Shown: positions 11,752 through 26,345, counted from the stretch's first letter. The stretch: DNA of 64,000 nucleotides from Octopus bimaculoides (GCF_001194135.2 NC_068989.1:70533019-70597018); one strand, 5' to 3'. A program made the numbers and translations. Notes: generated by a model not told the origin, from the letters alone.

Positions 11752-13676
11752 GATTAAAGAATGATAAAGGGATAGGAATAGGTGTCTTGCTGAAGAGGAG
11801 ATACATGGCTTCTCCAACTGGAGAGCAAGAGAAAAGAGATAGTGAGGGTGAACTTATACAACAACAATTATTAATACCAGCCAAATAGTTCACATTAAAA
11901 AATAGGTTTTTTAAAAAAAAATTACTTATAAAGTTTCAAAATCTACAGGGCAATATTATTTTGATCATATGGCAGGGTGGTGAGGTGGGGTGGCTTCAAA
12001 TATAGAAAATAAGGAATTGGAAACCTTTGATTAATAGATTATCAAAGCAATTAATAGACAAGGAGCCTACAGTATATCTATTTACTTTGCAGAATGCTTC
12101 CTAGCACTGTTTTTACCTTTGGATATGGACATAATCAATGGCAATCACATGACAAATAATTGGAATCAATCATATTCTATCAATACCTAGATTAATGAGA
12201 AATTAACAACTGTTAAAAAAAACAAACAACAAAACAAAAAACAAATATCTGGCCACCTGGTAAACCAGTTTTAACCCAAAATAATGATTCCTAGATATAT
12301 GTAACAAAAATGTTACAAGAGGCTAATTAGATAATTACTGAAAAACACTATATATAAAGACTAAGATCATGAAATCAATGGTAGCTCACACACAATATGT
12401 TGACTTACATTGCTTTAGCCATAAAAATTCACTACTCATCTCTGCATTGAGTTCTACTATATATATATAATTTTTTCTATATTTTTCATATTATTTGTTA
12501 AGCACAATACTATATAATATAGCTCAGAGAAAAAAAAATCAAACAAAACAAAGCCAAACTTAAAAAGCCATCATGAAATGAGAAACAGAGGAAAATTGCA
12601 GATTCAAAGAAATGATAGAAAAGGATGCAGCTGCAACTTAAAACAATCAAAGAGTATTGTCCAGTAAAGGAGATGTGTAGAAATAGTGACTACCTAGAAC
12701 CTTCTTAATAAAGCTAGCAGAGATCTCATCTAAGAAGTGAATACAGTGAAGAATTCAAAAGGTTTCTTTCATTTTTTCTTTTTGAGTATTATTATTTTTA
12801 AACAGTCACTTTGAAAACAAATATTAGCAAAAAGAGAACATTAATATATCTATCTATATATATATATATATATACGTTGGGATGTATCGAAGAGTAGAGA
12901 TAAGTGGAGTGTAAATAGTTTTCAATAGCCTTTTAGGCTTTAAATGTGAATATATATTTTTATATTTGGTCATTCAGAACTAGAACTAACTGGACAGCTT
13001 TACGTTTCATCAGAGACAAAATATTGTGGTCAACATTTGTCAGTCTCTAATTCTAATGACTAAGTTCTGGAATCAGAACTATAAGTCTAAAAGGACAAGA
13101 CCATGAAATTTCATATCTGGTGAAACTGGAAGTACCCAGCTGGTTCAGGTTCCCTTGCCTTACATTGAAGAGAGTTGAAATAGGGGCCAGCAACCACTTC
13201 TCCTCAAATATGTTATGAAAACCACCCAAAAGAACCAGAGATGCCAGGTGCAGATGAACCAACATGTTGTTTGGCATGGAATGGTTTGAGTAGTAGTAGC
13301 AGTAGTTAGGCTGATGCTCAACTTCTTCAGATTTCTTCACTGTTCTTAGTAGTGATAACAGAAGCAGTAGTGGTAATCATGGACTTTCCCATTGTTAGAT
13401 GACATATGAAGGTTCAACAATTTCTTGCTGACCAACCATACAGATGTCCTTTTTTTTATGGTGACCAAATGTTTGTGTTCACATAAGCTCAGTCCCTCCA
13501 TCAGAGAGACATTACGTGCACAGGTGCACGGCATGCCATGTATCAGATGATGAAATGATTGCAGAGAAATGTGAAACAAAGTGCTTTGCTCAAGAACGCA
13601 ACACCCAGCATGGGAATCAAAACCATGATCTCACAATCATGAGTGCAACACCCTAACCACTTAGCCATATGTTAAT

Positions 13677-14372
13677 AATAATCCTTTCTACTATAGTCAC
13701 AAGGCCTGAAATTTTGGGGGAGGGGGATAGTCGATTACATCAACCCCAGTTTTCAACTGGTACTCATTTCATTGATCCCAAAAGAATGAAAGATAAAGTT
13801 GACCTTGGTAGAATTTGAACTCAGGACAAAAAGACAGACAAAATGCCACTGAATATTTTGCTTGGCATACTAATGGTTCTGCCAGCTTGCTGCCTTAATT
13901 GTAATAATAACAACAATAAGAATAATAATTCCTTCTACAATAGGCATAAGGCCTGAAATTTTGGAGGGAGGAGCTAGTCAATGCTAGTGCTCAATTGGTA
14001 CTTTATTTCATCAACCTGGAAAGGATGAAAAGCAAAGTCGACCTTGGTAACGTTTGAACCTGGAACATAAAACCAGAAGAAATGCCACAAAGCAATTTAT
14101 CTGGAATGGTTATGGTTCCACCTGTTCACTGATAATGATGATGATGATAATAATAATAATAATAATAATAATGGTTTCAAATTTTGGCACAAGGCCAGCA
14201 AGTTTGAAGGAAGAGCGGGTAAGTTGATTATATCAACCTCAGTGTTCAACTGGTACTTATTTTATCGGCCCTGAAAGGATGAATGGCAAAGTCAACCTCG
14301 GAGGAATTTGAACTCAGAACATATAGACAAAATGCTGACAAGCATTTCGCCTGGCGTGCTAACGATTCTACC
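13677..14372 (-). mobile_element. Array of three family A SINEs
   Basis: Same head, core and tail motifs repeated three times and separated by (AAT)n. Confidence 0.85.
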
Positions 14373-14623
14373 AAAACGGCAAGAGCAATTACTAAAGTAT
14401 TATTGGCAAAGCAATAGATCTTTGGATGTAATCAATAAAAACTGAGAGGAGGAAAAAAAGAAAAAAAAAGTGTCAGAGTCTATATTTGACTAAGACAGAA
14501 GATCAAAAGAAAAAGATTAAAAAAAAAAAAAAAGTGTATCCTGGAAGAGAAAAAACACTAATGTTACAATCATAAGATAACGTTTGAAATTGTGACAATG
14601 GCTGAAAATAGAAGAAACTGCAC

Positions 14624-14790
14624 CTGTGACTTCTGCTCTTTACTATCTTTCTGCTCACAAGGAGATTGGGTTTGGGATTTACTCATCAGTTTGGATTCTC
14701 GCTGTTCTTTGCGCTGTTCTTGCTTGCGTTGCTTTTCAGCAGCCATATGAGCTAGGTCTGTCATGTTCACATAGGTCGGTTGTTGACCAC
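14624..14790 (-). CDS. MTSS1: MTSS1/MIM exon (G)GQQPTYVNMTDLAHMAAEKQRKQEQRKEQRESKLMSKSQTQSPCEQKDSKEQKSQ (167 nt, phase 1-0)
   Basis: Poly-T acceptor tttttgtgtcttcaaAG, donor CAG|GTGCAG. The phase-1 start matches the end of the 39039 exon. Contains a YVNM tyrosine motif followed by a charged helix. Confidence 0.8.
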
Positions 14791-15187
14791 CTTTGAAGAC
14801 ACAAAAAAAAAAAAAANNNNNNNNNNNNNNNNNNNNNNNNNNNNNNNNNNNNNNNNNNNNNNNNNNNNNNNNNNNNNNNNNNNNNNNNNNNNNNNNNNNN
14901 NNNNNNNNNNNNNNNNNNNNNNNNNNNNNNNNNNNNNNNNNNNNNNNNNNNNNNNNNNNNNNNNNNNNNNNNNNNNNNNNNNNNNNNNNNNNNNNNNNNN
15001 NNNNNNNNNNNNNNNNNNNNNNNNNNNNNNNNNNNNNNNNNNNNNNNNNNNNNNNNNNNNNNNNNNNNNNNNNNNNNNNNNNNNNNNNNNNNNNNNNNNN
15101 NNNNNNNNNNNNNNNNNNNNNNNNNNNNNNNNNNNNNNNNNNNNNNNNNNNNNNNNNNNNNNNNNNNNNNNNNNNNNNNNNNNNNNN

Positions 15188-15236
<49 letters not shown>

Positions 15237-16752
15237 CCATAGAAACTAGGAAACCAGACCAAAGCTCCTTATAAAATAATGAGGACTAACCATTGCAGAG
15301 AAGGTATGTACAGGGATTGTTGTTTATTAAGCAAATGTTTGACCGATGTAAAGTGTTGAGTAACTGTCACTGCTCTAATGAAGGCCGGTCACAAACATCA
15401 TCATCATCATCATGATAATTTAACATCCAGTTTCCATGTTGGGTTGGATGGTTTGACAGGATCTGATAAACCATAGGGCTGTGTCATGCTCCAATATCTA
15501 CTTTAGCAATGGCTTCTTGAGATGGATGCACATTCCTAACACCAACCACTTTACAGAGTGTACTAAGAGCTTTTCTTTTGAGGCATTGGGACTAGTGAGC
15601 TCATTAACTAACTTGCAAGACAAGACCCCACTCAACTGAGTGGGAGTGTAGCATTGAGGGAGGTGATTTTGTGTCAGGTGTTGAGGGGTGAAAGTATTAT
15701 AGAGAGGCAGTAACAGGTGTCTTGCTGAACAAGGGATACATGGTTACCCCATGAGTGGATGCACATTACAAATGCCAACCACTTTACAGAGTGTACCGAG
15801 TACCACCTTTGTCGTGGTACTAACACTCATGAGGATCACCTTGTAAAACTTGCAAGGCTAAGGGCCTAATGTGGGTCCCAACTAAGAAGACAGAGTGGGT
15901 GATGATTCTAGTTGTGGTGGGTTGGTGAAGTGGGGGAAGTAAGATGAGAGGGACCGATTTGTAGTTGGGAAAGATGATAGCAATGAGAGTAACAGAGTAA
16001 TAGTCATTAACTAAGGGAATAGTATGTTAGGGAACAGGGAGAAAGGGAAAGGATAGTGTTAGGGGTTATTGAGAAAAGTACGATGGGGTTAGAATGGAAA
16101 GGTGATAGAGAGGGTTGCGTAGAAGAGGTTTTGGGCTATCCAACATTATAAAGGGAGAAAAATAAACTTTTTGGCAAACAATTGATTGCTTGGAATATGA
16201 AAATTTCAATAAACTGGAGAAACAAAATGTAGATACAATAAGTCAGAATAAATCTTACAATAGATATATTACAAATAAGTTATATGTCAATCTAGATAGA
16301 GGTCATTGTCAATTAATTAAATGTCGTTATGATGGGTACCATCATTTGCATTAGTTCAATGACTTTATGCTTCTTTAATAACTTAAACTAAATAAATTAA
16401 TAAAAATCAGACATTAAAGATATATATTTTTCAAGAATGATAACAAAATATATATGTACATATTTATACATACACACAGGATGGACTAAAAGTCAAAAAG
16501 AAATTTTGTAATACTATAATATATATATATATATATATATANNNNNNNNNNNNNNNNNNNNNNNNNNNNNNNNNNNNNNNNNNNNNNNNNNNNNNNNNNN
16601 NNNNNNNNNNNNNNNNNNNNNNNNNNNNNNNNNNNNNNNNNNNNNNNNNNNNNNNNNNNNNNNNNNNNNNNNNNNNNNNNNNNNNNNNNNNNNNNNNNNN
16701 NNNNNNNNNNNNNNNNNNNACACACACACACGTAAACACATATATATACATA

Positions 16753-17561
16753 TGTGGAAAATTCTGTCTGTGGAGGGGTTAGCTAACTCCTCCTACATCG
16801 TTTTATTGATTTTGATGAAACCTGGCACGTGAGTAGAACTTATGTCTGGAAACCTCATGGCATACTCAGATTGTTGAAAAAAAATTGATAATAGGGCCCC
16901 TGGAAGGGATACTTATATATAATTAATATATTTTAACAGGCAAAGGAAATAACCTATTCATATTCCTAAATTATTTGGTATAAATCAAAGTGATTATGTT
17001 TATTTCTTAGCATTTAATTAGAGTTATTTTTGCAATTTATCCAGTACAACCATTAAACAAGTAAATAGTATTTTCCTAAACAATAGATCCACTTATTTTG
17101 GTTAGTGACTTATTCATGAATATACCAACACCAGCGCCCCAGAGGGTAATATTCTCTGGGAACGCACAAAGGCCCTTTTCAGAGTTATTTACTTTGAATT
17201 GTTATTATCTCGTATCTGATTAGCCTGTTATTACATAACATGCTTCATGAGTTTAGCATAATACCTTATTAGTATTTCCTCCTATGTTCTATATACTCTG
17301 GGAATGCATTAAAGCCCTTTCCAGGGCTACTTTATTTGAACTCTTAATATCTGGTAACTAATTTCATGTTATTACATAACTGACTTTACAATTTGGGTAT
17401 TCATAACTTATTGGGAATTCCTAAAAACATTCTCTGTAAATGCACAAAAACTGTTTTAAGGGCTACGTTGTAGTGCTGTTATTGGATTAGCGAAACAATT
17501 ATGAGAATGGAATCAAGGGATAAGCCCTATTTCCCCAGGAATTACTGGATACGTCAGCTAG

Positions 17562-17631
<70 letters not shown>

Positions 17632-17750
17632 CATACACACACATATATATATATATATATATTATAAAGTGTATATAGATGTGAAACATCACATGACTTA
17701 CAAAAAAATTTCCTTTCATGACATTTGGCCCACCCTGTGTGTATGTATAC
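16753..17750. repeat. Unclassified DNA-transposon-derived sequence with internal ~140-bp degenerate repeats and a Tc1-like terminal motif
   Basis: Minus-strand CAGGGTGGGCCAAA at about 17722-17735 next to TA repeats, plus three related units at about 17151, 17295 and 17429. Confidence 0.4.
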
Positions 17751-19307
17751 ATATAACCTCATAAAATTTATAAGACTAAATACAGAAACAGCAAAACAAT
17801 TTCTTTCAAGGAAAGCTTTTTTTTTTAATATTTATTTTCAGAAACAACTACTTTATATTATGCTACTACTGTAAGAAATGCTACAAATCTAAATTCTACA
17901 GTATTGCCAAATATTTTTTTTTTTTCATGCAGCACCTCAGGATAGAGAGAGAACCAATAAACTTGTCTTGTGATTCCAAGTAAAAAGATTCAAAATAAGA
18001 AGAGCAAAACTGTAGACTCATAGAACAAAGAAAAAAAAAAATTTAAACGTATGAGAATATTGTTTCTTTGAGTTTGGCAGGAAAATATTTGAAAGAAGTT
18101 CCGCTGTTATGGCATTTTTTTTCCTGTTAAAGTAAGCATATCATTATAAAAAATTAAAAAAGCCATCATAATCATAAAAGATAAATGTTCTCACCAGACA
18201 ACCCATCATATTTTACCTCAATTATTATTATTATTTCTTTTTGTTTGTTTCAATGTGTGGATGGATCTACTCAAAGTTGAACTTTGAAAAGATCATTATC
18301 TTTTAGCAATTGAATTCTTTACAGTTCATTTTCTGCCATTATGATTGGTCAGAAAGGCTGGAAATAAGCATATAATATGCTGACCAAGAGAATAGTACAA
18401 GATATCTATCTAAGCTATAAATCACATAACCATATTATGAAAATAAAATAAAATAAAATAAAAACTAAAAAATTCCAGTGGCTGCGCACTCATTGGTAGC
18501 TAATTTACAAATAAGTATTAATTAGCTGTAATTAATTAACTGAAAAAAAAAAAGGACTTATAAAAAAATAACATAATAGAAATGTTTGATTAATAGACAA
18601 AAATGTATCCCTTAAGTAAAAGTATATTCATAGTCAGGGTTACATTACAAGAAATATCAAATAAATTCATAAATTCTTATGTACTTTTAGGAAAAAGAAA
18701 ATTAGTGGCTAAATAATTTCAAGACTAGAATTTTCGAAATAGTTTCAGCTTTTGATCTGTGAGAAGTGATAGATGTTCTTTCTGTTACTCTGAAGGGGCT
18801 GAACGAAAAAAACAAAACAAAAATAAAAATAAAAACAAAAACAAACTAAACTTTATCATGCTAACTGCTGATAACAGAACAAACTACAGACATTGCAACT
18901 ACTTTTTCAACACGATTACAAACACTAAAAGACGAAAAAAATTTATAAGAGAGAGAGAGAGGAGAGATATTTTATAATCTTTAAACACGATGGAATCGTT
19001 AGTTTTGATCAAGAAAGGAATCGGTAAATACGACTATGTATTAGTATTAGTATGTGAGATCCAAAACTATCTTTCTGAAATCACAGTTTCTTTCCTGTGA
19101 GAACATCATTATTGATACAATTCCTGATAAACTTAGTATTAACTAGTGCCTGTAAGTTTACAAATAGACTAGTTTTTAGAAAATAAAATAGGGGAAAAAA
19201 AGGAAATATAATCGTGGACCTCCCTTCAATGATTTTAGAAACAGTAAGCATCCTAAGTTTTCTAACCAGCCTTTAGCAACCATATATATATATATATATA
19301 TATACAC

Positions 19308-19473
19308 ACTAGCATAGCTGGAGTGTATGCTTCCCAGGGAAGCCCTTCATTTACTGCCCCCAGGCCTCCAATAAAAGTACATATTGCCTATTGCAGACCC
19401 AAAAGTGGTGCCGCCCTATAAAAGTGCTGCCTGGGTCAGACTGCTCCCACAGCCTCTGCCTCTAGCTATGCTA

Positions 19474-19475
<2 letters not shown>
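19308..19475. mobile_element. Short MITE in a (TA)n tract
   Basis: Exact 12-bp terminal inverted repeat ACTAGCATAGCT / AGCTATGCTAGT, GC-rich interior, (TA)n on both sides. Confidence 0.65.
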
Positions 19476-19512
<37 letters not shown>

Positions 19513-20074
19513 ATGTGTGTATGTTTAGTGTCAGAAGAAAGAGTACTCAATACTATGGTAGATATTAAATAAGATTTTTAGTTTGGTTGAGTCAATTTCT
19601 TGTGAGGAGTTTTTCTTCTGCATTCACAGGGTCTACAGGCAAGTTATGAGTCATGAGTTAAAACTCCAGAGAAGCAAAAGACTGGTTCAGTCAAAATAAA
19701 TATACATAGTAACAAAAAAGTCTGTTACTTCTGCTAAATATTAATAAAAATATGCATATACTTATATTTTGAGTTCTATTTTCCGTGTTTGCACCAACAT
19801 ACCTATATATACNNNNNNNNNNNNNNNNNNNNNNNNNNNNNNNNNNNNNNNNNNNNNNNNNNNNNNNNNNNNNNNNNNNNNNNNNNNNNNNNNNNNNNNN
19901 NNNNNNNNNNNNNNNNNNNNNNNNNNNNNNNNNNNNNNNNNNNNNNNNNNNNNNNNNNNNNNNNNNNNNNNNNNNNNNNNNNNNNNNNNNNNNNNNNNNN
20001 NNNNNNNNNNNNNNNNNNTGGTATTTGAGTACTCTTTTTTTTCTACCTTGTTTCACATTTATGTGCTTACTCTG

Positions 20075-20153
<79 letters not shown>

Positions 20154-21808
20154 TTTTGAGCGTGACCGTTGCCAGTACTGCGTGACTGGCCTTTGTATTC
20201 TTTTCAACTGTCTACAAGCACAGCCAGGCTGAAATAATTAATGCATTTTTCCAGGTGTGAATAAAAAATTCTCTAACTTGAGGGGATGGGCCCTTTAGAT
20301 ACTAACATGGCCCCATATATAAATTCTAGTGGCGCAGGGGCCCACTTGCCATCAGGCAAGCTGGCCAGTCCACCACTGAATATAAATCAAGATAAATAAA
20401 AGTCATAATTTATATTAGTAATCTTTAATATAAACTATGTATACAGCATTTACAAGTGCACCTAAGACAGGAAAAGGTAATCCTGTGAGAAGAGCTGTTT
20501 ACCTTATTCTACCTTAGGTGTGCTTGTAAATATCTGTAAACACACACAACTATAAATGTATATATAAGCTGCTTTTCTCATGCATAAAATTTAACACCAA
20601 AATTAAAAGAAAACCAAAAAAGTTAAAAAAATTTCAACTTACAAAAAATGAAGAAAAAGTCAAAATCTAGAGTAAACTTTTTTAACTGACATGATGTTTA
20701 AAAACTCAAAACTATATATTCCTAAGCAATATTTCATTAACATTACAATTCTTTTGAATCTTTAAAAATTTTATGCAAAAAGACCATGAAATATCTTGAA
20801 ATATATTTTCTGAAGAATAAAATTAGCAGGGATGGGATTTGGTTAATGAATATGATCAGCTACATATTTTCTAAGAATGGCTATTTGCAGATAGACTGGA
20901 TCATTTAGTAAGAAGCTTCCAATGACCACAAGTTTGGATCACATTTTGTGACACATGGGTGATCATACCTGATTAGAAAACAGAATGTCTTTGATCATAA
21001 ATCTACTCAATCAGGGGTGACCTGGGACAGGTGTTAAATGATAACCAAATGAAATTCATACCAGAAATAAAATCCTTCCAGGTCAAAGAATTCCTATGGA
21101 GAGGTGTTTTATTTCCTGATGAACTGGAGTGAGACAACAAAACAAAATTTCTTCCAGTTTTAAAATTATCTTAAATTAAAACCCTCCAACAAAATTGAAT
21201 GTAAATTTGCTCTAAACACCAGCTTCATATTGACATTAGTCATTTTACTAAATTCTTCATTATTTCCAAAATTAATTGAAATAAAGGCAGAAATCTTCAA
21301 CAGAAATATACTAACAAAGTAGTCAAAATTTTTCTCTCAATTTCTTGACAAAATAAAATTTTATCCTATATTCCTTGATTGGCATTAGAAGTTAGATACA
21401 GAGACACCAATATGAATATGAAAAAGAACCAAAACAATAAAACTTAATAAAATGTTAAATTGTAGAAGAGAGAGACAAATGTAGCTTTACATATAACACA
21501 CATAGTATTGTCATGATTCTGCTCAAGAATTACATTAAGAGCACACATGCCTGTGGAATGCCCAGCCACTTAGACCACCTGAATCCCTATTATTGAGCAA
21601 CAGAGGTCTATCGGCACTGCCAACATATGGTATAATTAACAAAATCAGTTAGCTAACACTGAAATATTCTTTTGTTACACCTTCAAATAAAACACAAATT
21701 ACTACATAAGTGTACCCCTGATGGTTGGTTGTCAAAGGGGAGACAATCCCTTTGAGATTAAATTGAGACAGGCTTGGAAGGTTGAAATTTTAATCAATGA
21801 TTTAAGAC

Positions 21809-21985
21809 ATCATCATCATCATCCAGTGTTTTAAATCCGGGTTTTGTCCCTGTTAACAGGGGTGGCCGTTTCTACCTCAATGCCATAGTAACCGCCCTCA
21901 CACCACTCACCCGGTTTTGGGCGTCCTCCTTTCTCATACCAACCCTCCTAATCTCCTCTTCTACCTGTCCCCTCCACCATTCCAC
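21809..21985 (-). mobile_element. 3' end of an RTE LINE with (GAT)n tail
   Basis: Minus strand reads roughly WRGQVEEEIRRVGMRKEDAQNR..GVRAV, like RTE C-termini, followed by a short 3' UTR and GATGATGAT tail. Confidence 0.65.
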
Positions 21986-22087
21986 AGTGTATGGAATATA
22001 CACATTTAATATATCTTTTTCCTATACAGTATAAAGATTTTGAAAATTTCAAAGTATATCCATATCTACGTACATATAAACATGTGT

Positions 22088-22126
<39 letters not shown>

Positions 22127-22805
22127 CACACACACCTGGTGTCCCCTTGTGGTCAGCTGTCATAGGGGAGACAATCCTTCTAGATTAAGTTAAGTTGAAG
22201 GTTTTGAAGTTTGAAATTTTAATCAATGATTAAAGACAATGGTGTACAGAATACACACATTTAATATTTCTTTTTCCTACACAGTATAAAAATATTAAAG
22301 TTCCTAGTCATTGATAGCTGTGAAATTTTTAGTAGTTTCTTAGTGCCTGAGAGAGACCAAATAAGGTAAAAACTAATGAGGTAAGAAAGCAGAAAGCATT
22401 AATTTGTCTTAAGAAAAAAAATACCTAAAAAGCAAATGGAAAAATATAGAACCCAAAACATCAACAGCCTAACAACAGGAAACTAATATAAATTAAGTAA
22501 TAAATTAGGAAATAGTCAGATGGAGGAAGTTTATTCAATTAGCTTTGATGTTACCACTGTGTTATGATAAGAAGAAGGAGAGGGGAAAAATATAGTGGCA
22601 ATTGGCAAACAACTTGAAATCTTATCCAGTTATAAGAAATATACAGAAATATACATTGACAAAGGACTGTAACTACTTCAAAATGGATTCTATTTCAAAT
22701 TGACAGAATAAATAAAGAAATAAAGAAAAACCATAATTAAAAATAAAAACTACTCTTTCAACATAAACATGTCTGTTTGAGTGTGTGTATGTGTATGAGT
22801 ATATA

Positions 22806-22867
<62 letters not shown>

Positions 22868-23044
22868 TACGTATATACTCATGTACACACACATGCATCT
22901 GTGTCTGTATTAACATATGTACACATATATGTAAAATATGCAGATGGATATTTTTTTTTCATTTAATGTCCATGTTTGATGCTGGCTTGGGTTGTACATA
23001 TACGTACAATATATATATGCATACTATATTTTTGAATATATATC

Positions 23045-23084
<40 letters not shown>

Positions 23085-23330
23085 CATACATAGACATGCA
23101 TGTATATATATATATATACACACACACACATAATACATATGTATGCTATAGTCTTGTATTGGTTTACTTTATCTCATATTACCAAGTAGAATAGTTATCC
23201 ATAATTTCACTGCAGCCCTATTTAGTGAGATCTACATGGAATGTCTTAGATAACTAATGGGATTGGTGCATGTGGGAAATACAAGGTGAGATGGGGGGGG
23301 GGATTCAAAATGAATTCCAGCCACCTGCAC

Positions 23331-23371
<41 letters not shown>

Positions 23372-23388
23372 TTGAACAACCAGGTAAT

Positions 23389-23427
<39 letters not shown>

Positions 23428-23761
23428 GAAATAAATGAAACAAATTATGAGTTATTATTATCATCATACAAGAGAAATAATAAATATTTCNNNNNNNNNN
23501 AGAGTGACGTTTTTGCTGTTATGCTAAGCAAAATAAATGCATAAATTTTTTTTAAATGGTGAAAAAAAAACAAAACAAAACAAAATCTGTAGAATATTTA
23601 CAAACTACTAAATAAACAACAAATGCTGTTTCTACGGAAACACAAAAGTTGAAACAGGAAAGACAACTTTTCAACTATCTTCATCACAAAGAAAAAAAAA
23701 AAAAAATGCCAATCACTCAAGAAATTGAGAATTTAATATTAATTTGATGAAGATGATAATA

Positions 23762-24206
23762 ATAATAATCCTTTCTATTATAGACACAAGGCCTGAAATT
23801 TGGAGGAATGGGACAGTCAATTACATCAACCCTAGTGTTTCACTGGTACTTAATTTATTGACGCTGAAAGGATAAAAGGCAAAGTTGACCTTGGTGGAAT
23901 TTGAACTCAGAATGTGAGGAAAGACAAAATGCCATTAAGCATTTCACCCTGCATGCTAACGATTCTGCCAGCTTGCCACCTTAATAAAAATAATAACGAT
24001 TTCAAATTTTGGCACAAGGCCAGGAACTTTAGGGGAAGGGTAAACCAATTACACTGACCCCCAGTACTCAACTGGTACTTATTTTACTGATGCCAGAAGG
24101 ATGAAAGGCAAAGTTGACTTTGGAATTTGGAATCAGAATGTAAAGACAGATGAAATGCTGCTAAGCATTTTTCCCAAAGTGCTAACAATTTTGTCAGCTC
24201 ATCACC

Positions 24207-24256
<50 letters not shown>

Positions 24257-24697
24257 CCTTTCTGCTATAGGCACAAAGCCTGAAATTTGGAGGAGGGGGA
24301 TAGTTGATTACATCGACCCCAGTATTTGACTGGTACTTGTTTTATTGATCCCGAAAGGATGAAAGGCAAAGTTGACCTTGTTTGAATTTGAACTCAGAAT
24401 GTGAAGATGGATAAAATGCCACTAAGCATTTTCCCCAGCATGCTGATGATTCTGAAAGTTTGCTGTTGTAATAATAATAATAATAATAATAATCCATTAT
24501 ACGATAGGCACAAAGCCTGAGATTTTGGGGGAGGGGAACAGTTGATTACCCCCAACAAGTTGACTGGCACTTTTTTCATCGACCCTGAAAAGATGAAAGG
24601 CAAAGTTGACGTCGACGGAATTTGAACTCAGAATATGAAGACAGACGAAATGCTGCTTAGGCTTTTTCCTGGAATGTTGATGATTCTGCTAGCTCAG
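23762..24697 (-). mobile_element. Array of four head-to-tail tRNA-derived SINEs (family A, ~215 bp, (ATT)n tail)
   Basis: Each unit on the minus strand has a tRNA-like head (GGCGAGCTGGCAGAA...GAGTTCAAATTCC), a core CTTTCATCCTTTCGGGGTCGATAAA similar to the Deu/Nin SINE domain (recalled), and ends in aggattattatt. Confidence 0.85.
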
Positions 24698-26301
24698 GAT
24701 GCTTAAACGAAGCATCTTTTCAAAAACAAAAGGAAGAAGAGAACCAAAGTCCTAAAGGCAATGGCAAAAGGAACTGAAAAGACATTCCAGCAATCTCTGG
24801 AGGCAAAAAGTGAACTTTATTAGGCTTAAATTTCCCTACTCAGAGTGTCTAACTGCAAAATGATTGAAACATCTCACACGAAGGTGACTTGCCTTTGAGA
24901 AGTTTGACCATGTTAACAGGTACAGATTTGAACTCAGCCAATGACATGAAAGTTGATAATATACAGACATCTAGGAGCCATGATCTGGATGTGATTCAGC
25001 CTGCTTAGAGTGTCAAGAGCTTAAGGCCCAAAACCCTGACATGAAAGAGAGGGTTTCTTCTCTGTAAACTTCTACTGCCAAACACAAGACAAAACTGCCG
25101 AATTCTGGGAATAGTCCAATGAATGCTGGGGAAAAAAACTGAATCACATTGGGAAAGCCAGAGACACTACTGTACCTACATCTACATGGTGTTATGGCTC
25201 ATGGTCCAGAGGTTAGGGTACTGGGTTCATGATTGTAAAAGTTATAGGTTTGACCCCTGGACTGGGTAGTATGGTGTGTTCTTGAGCAAGGCACATCATT
25301 TTACATTGCTTCAGTCCACTCAGCTGAAAATGAATACCAGTGGGTTAACTCTGAATAGACTGGCTTCCTGTACAGGGGGGTAGTCTTCTACTTTCACTTG
25401 TCAAAACAACTTGGAAACTGGGGTAAGTTCTGGCCAGATAAGCCAGTAGGTTTGGCGCAGACTTAACCATCATACCACTATCATCTAGCTGGAATCACTA
25501 AAAATAGGGTTAGCAGGTGTACTGTAATAACTAGAATACCAGTATAATGTAGGTAACTAATAAAGAGTTAAAGGGTTTCATATTCATAATGAAATTAGGA
25601 CATATGGTTAAACAGGTGAGCTTGTTGAACTGTAAGTAAAGGGACATTATTTGAACTGTAAGGAAAGAGATTTGTTAAACACTGTTTGTTTATAAAAACC
25701 AATGACAGAATTTGAAAAGTTGTCTTTCACAACAATATTTTTCTCAGTGTAACAAGAGCAGAGCAAATGCATCCATTTACCGTAAAGTGCTAAGAACAAG
25801 GAATCCAAACAAATGAGGAAAAACAAAAAAATATTGCAAGTATATAAACATTTCTAAACTGCAAAACAAGATGATGTCAAATGTGAAAAGAGTGAGAGAT
25901 TAAAAAAAAGAGAAGAAAGAAAAGTAACATAAATGGAGGCTGGCAGCCAGAAGTGATATCAGAGACTACGACAATCACCAGCAGTATACAAGCAAACAGG
26001 GGACAAAAGTTGCAAGTGTAAAAAAGACTAAAAGGAAAGTAATCATTACAGCTGCACTTACACCTACACAAAGACAGGCAGGCAAATAAATAATTTTGTG
26101 GTTTGCACAGTTTAGATAGTGGTTACAAAAAGGTCAGTGAATATTATTTGTACAAGTGGTTACAAGGATCAGCGAAGGTCTCATGAATTTCCGGATTGTC
26201 AAAAGAATTTGGTTACAATATCATAAGACAATGGAAAATAAATGTTTATTTGGAATAATGAAGGAACAATTAGAAAGAAGGATTAAATATATATACATAT
26301 A

Positions 26302-26345
<44 letters not shown>

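Noticed and set aside
19594-19700. Faint hammerhead-like words (cagaaga...gaaa; ccagagaag...gtcaaaa)
   Set aside because: Core and stems do not pair; too decayed to support.
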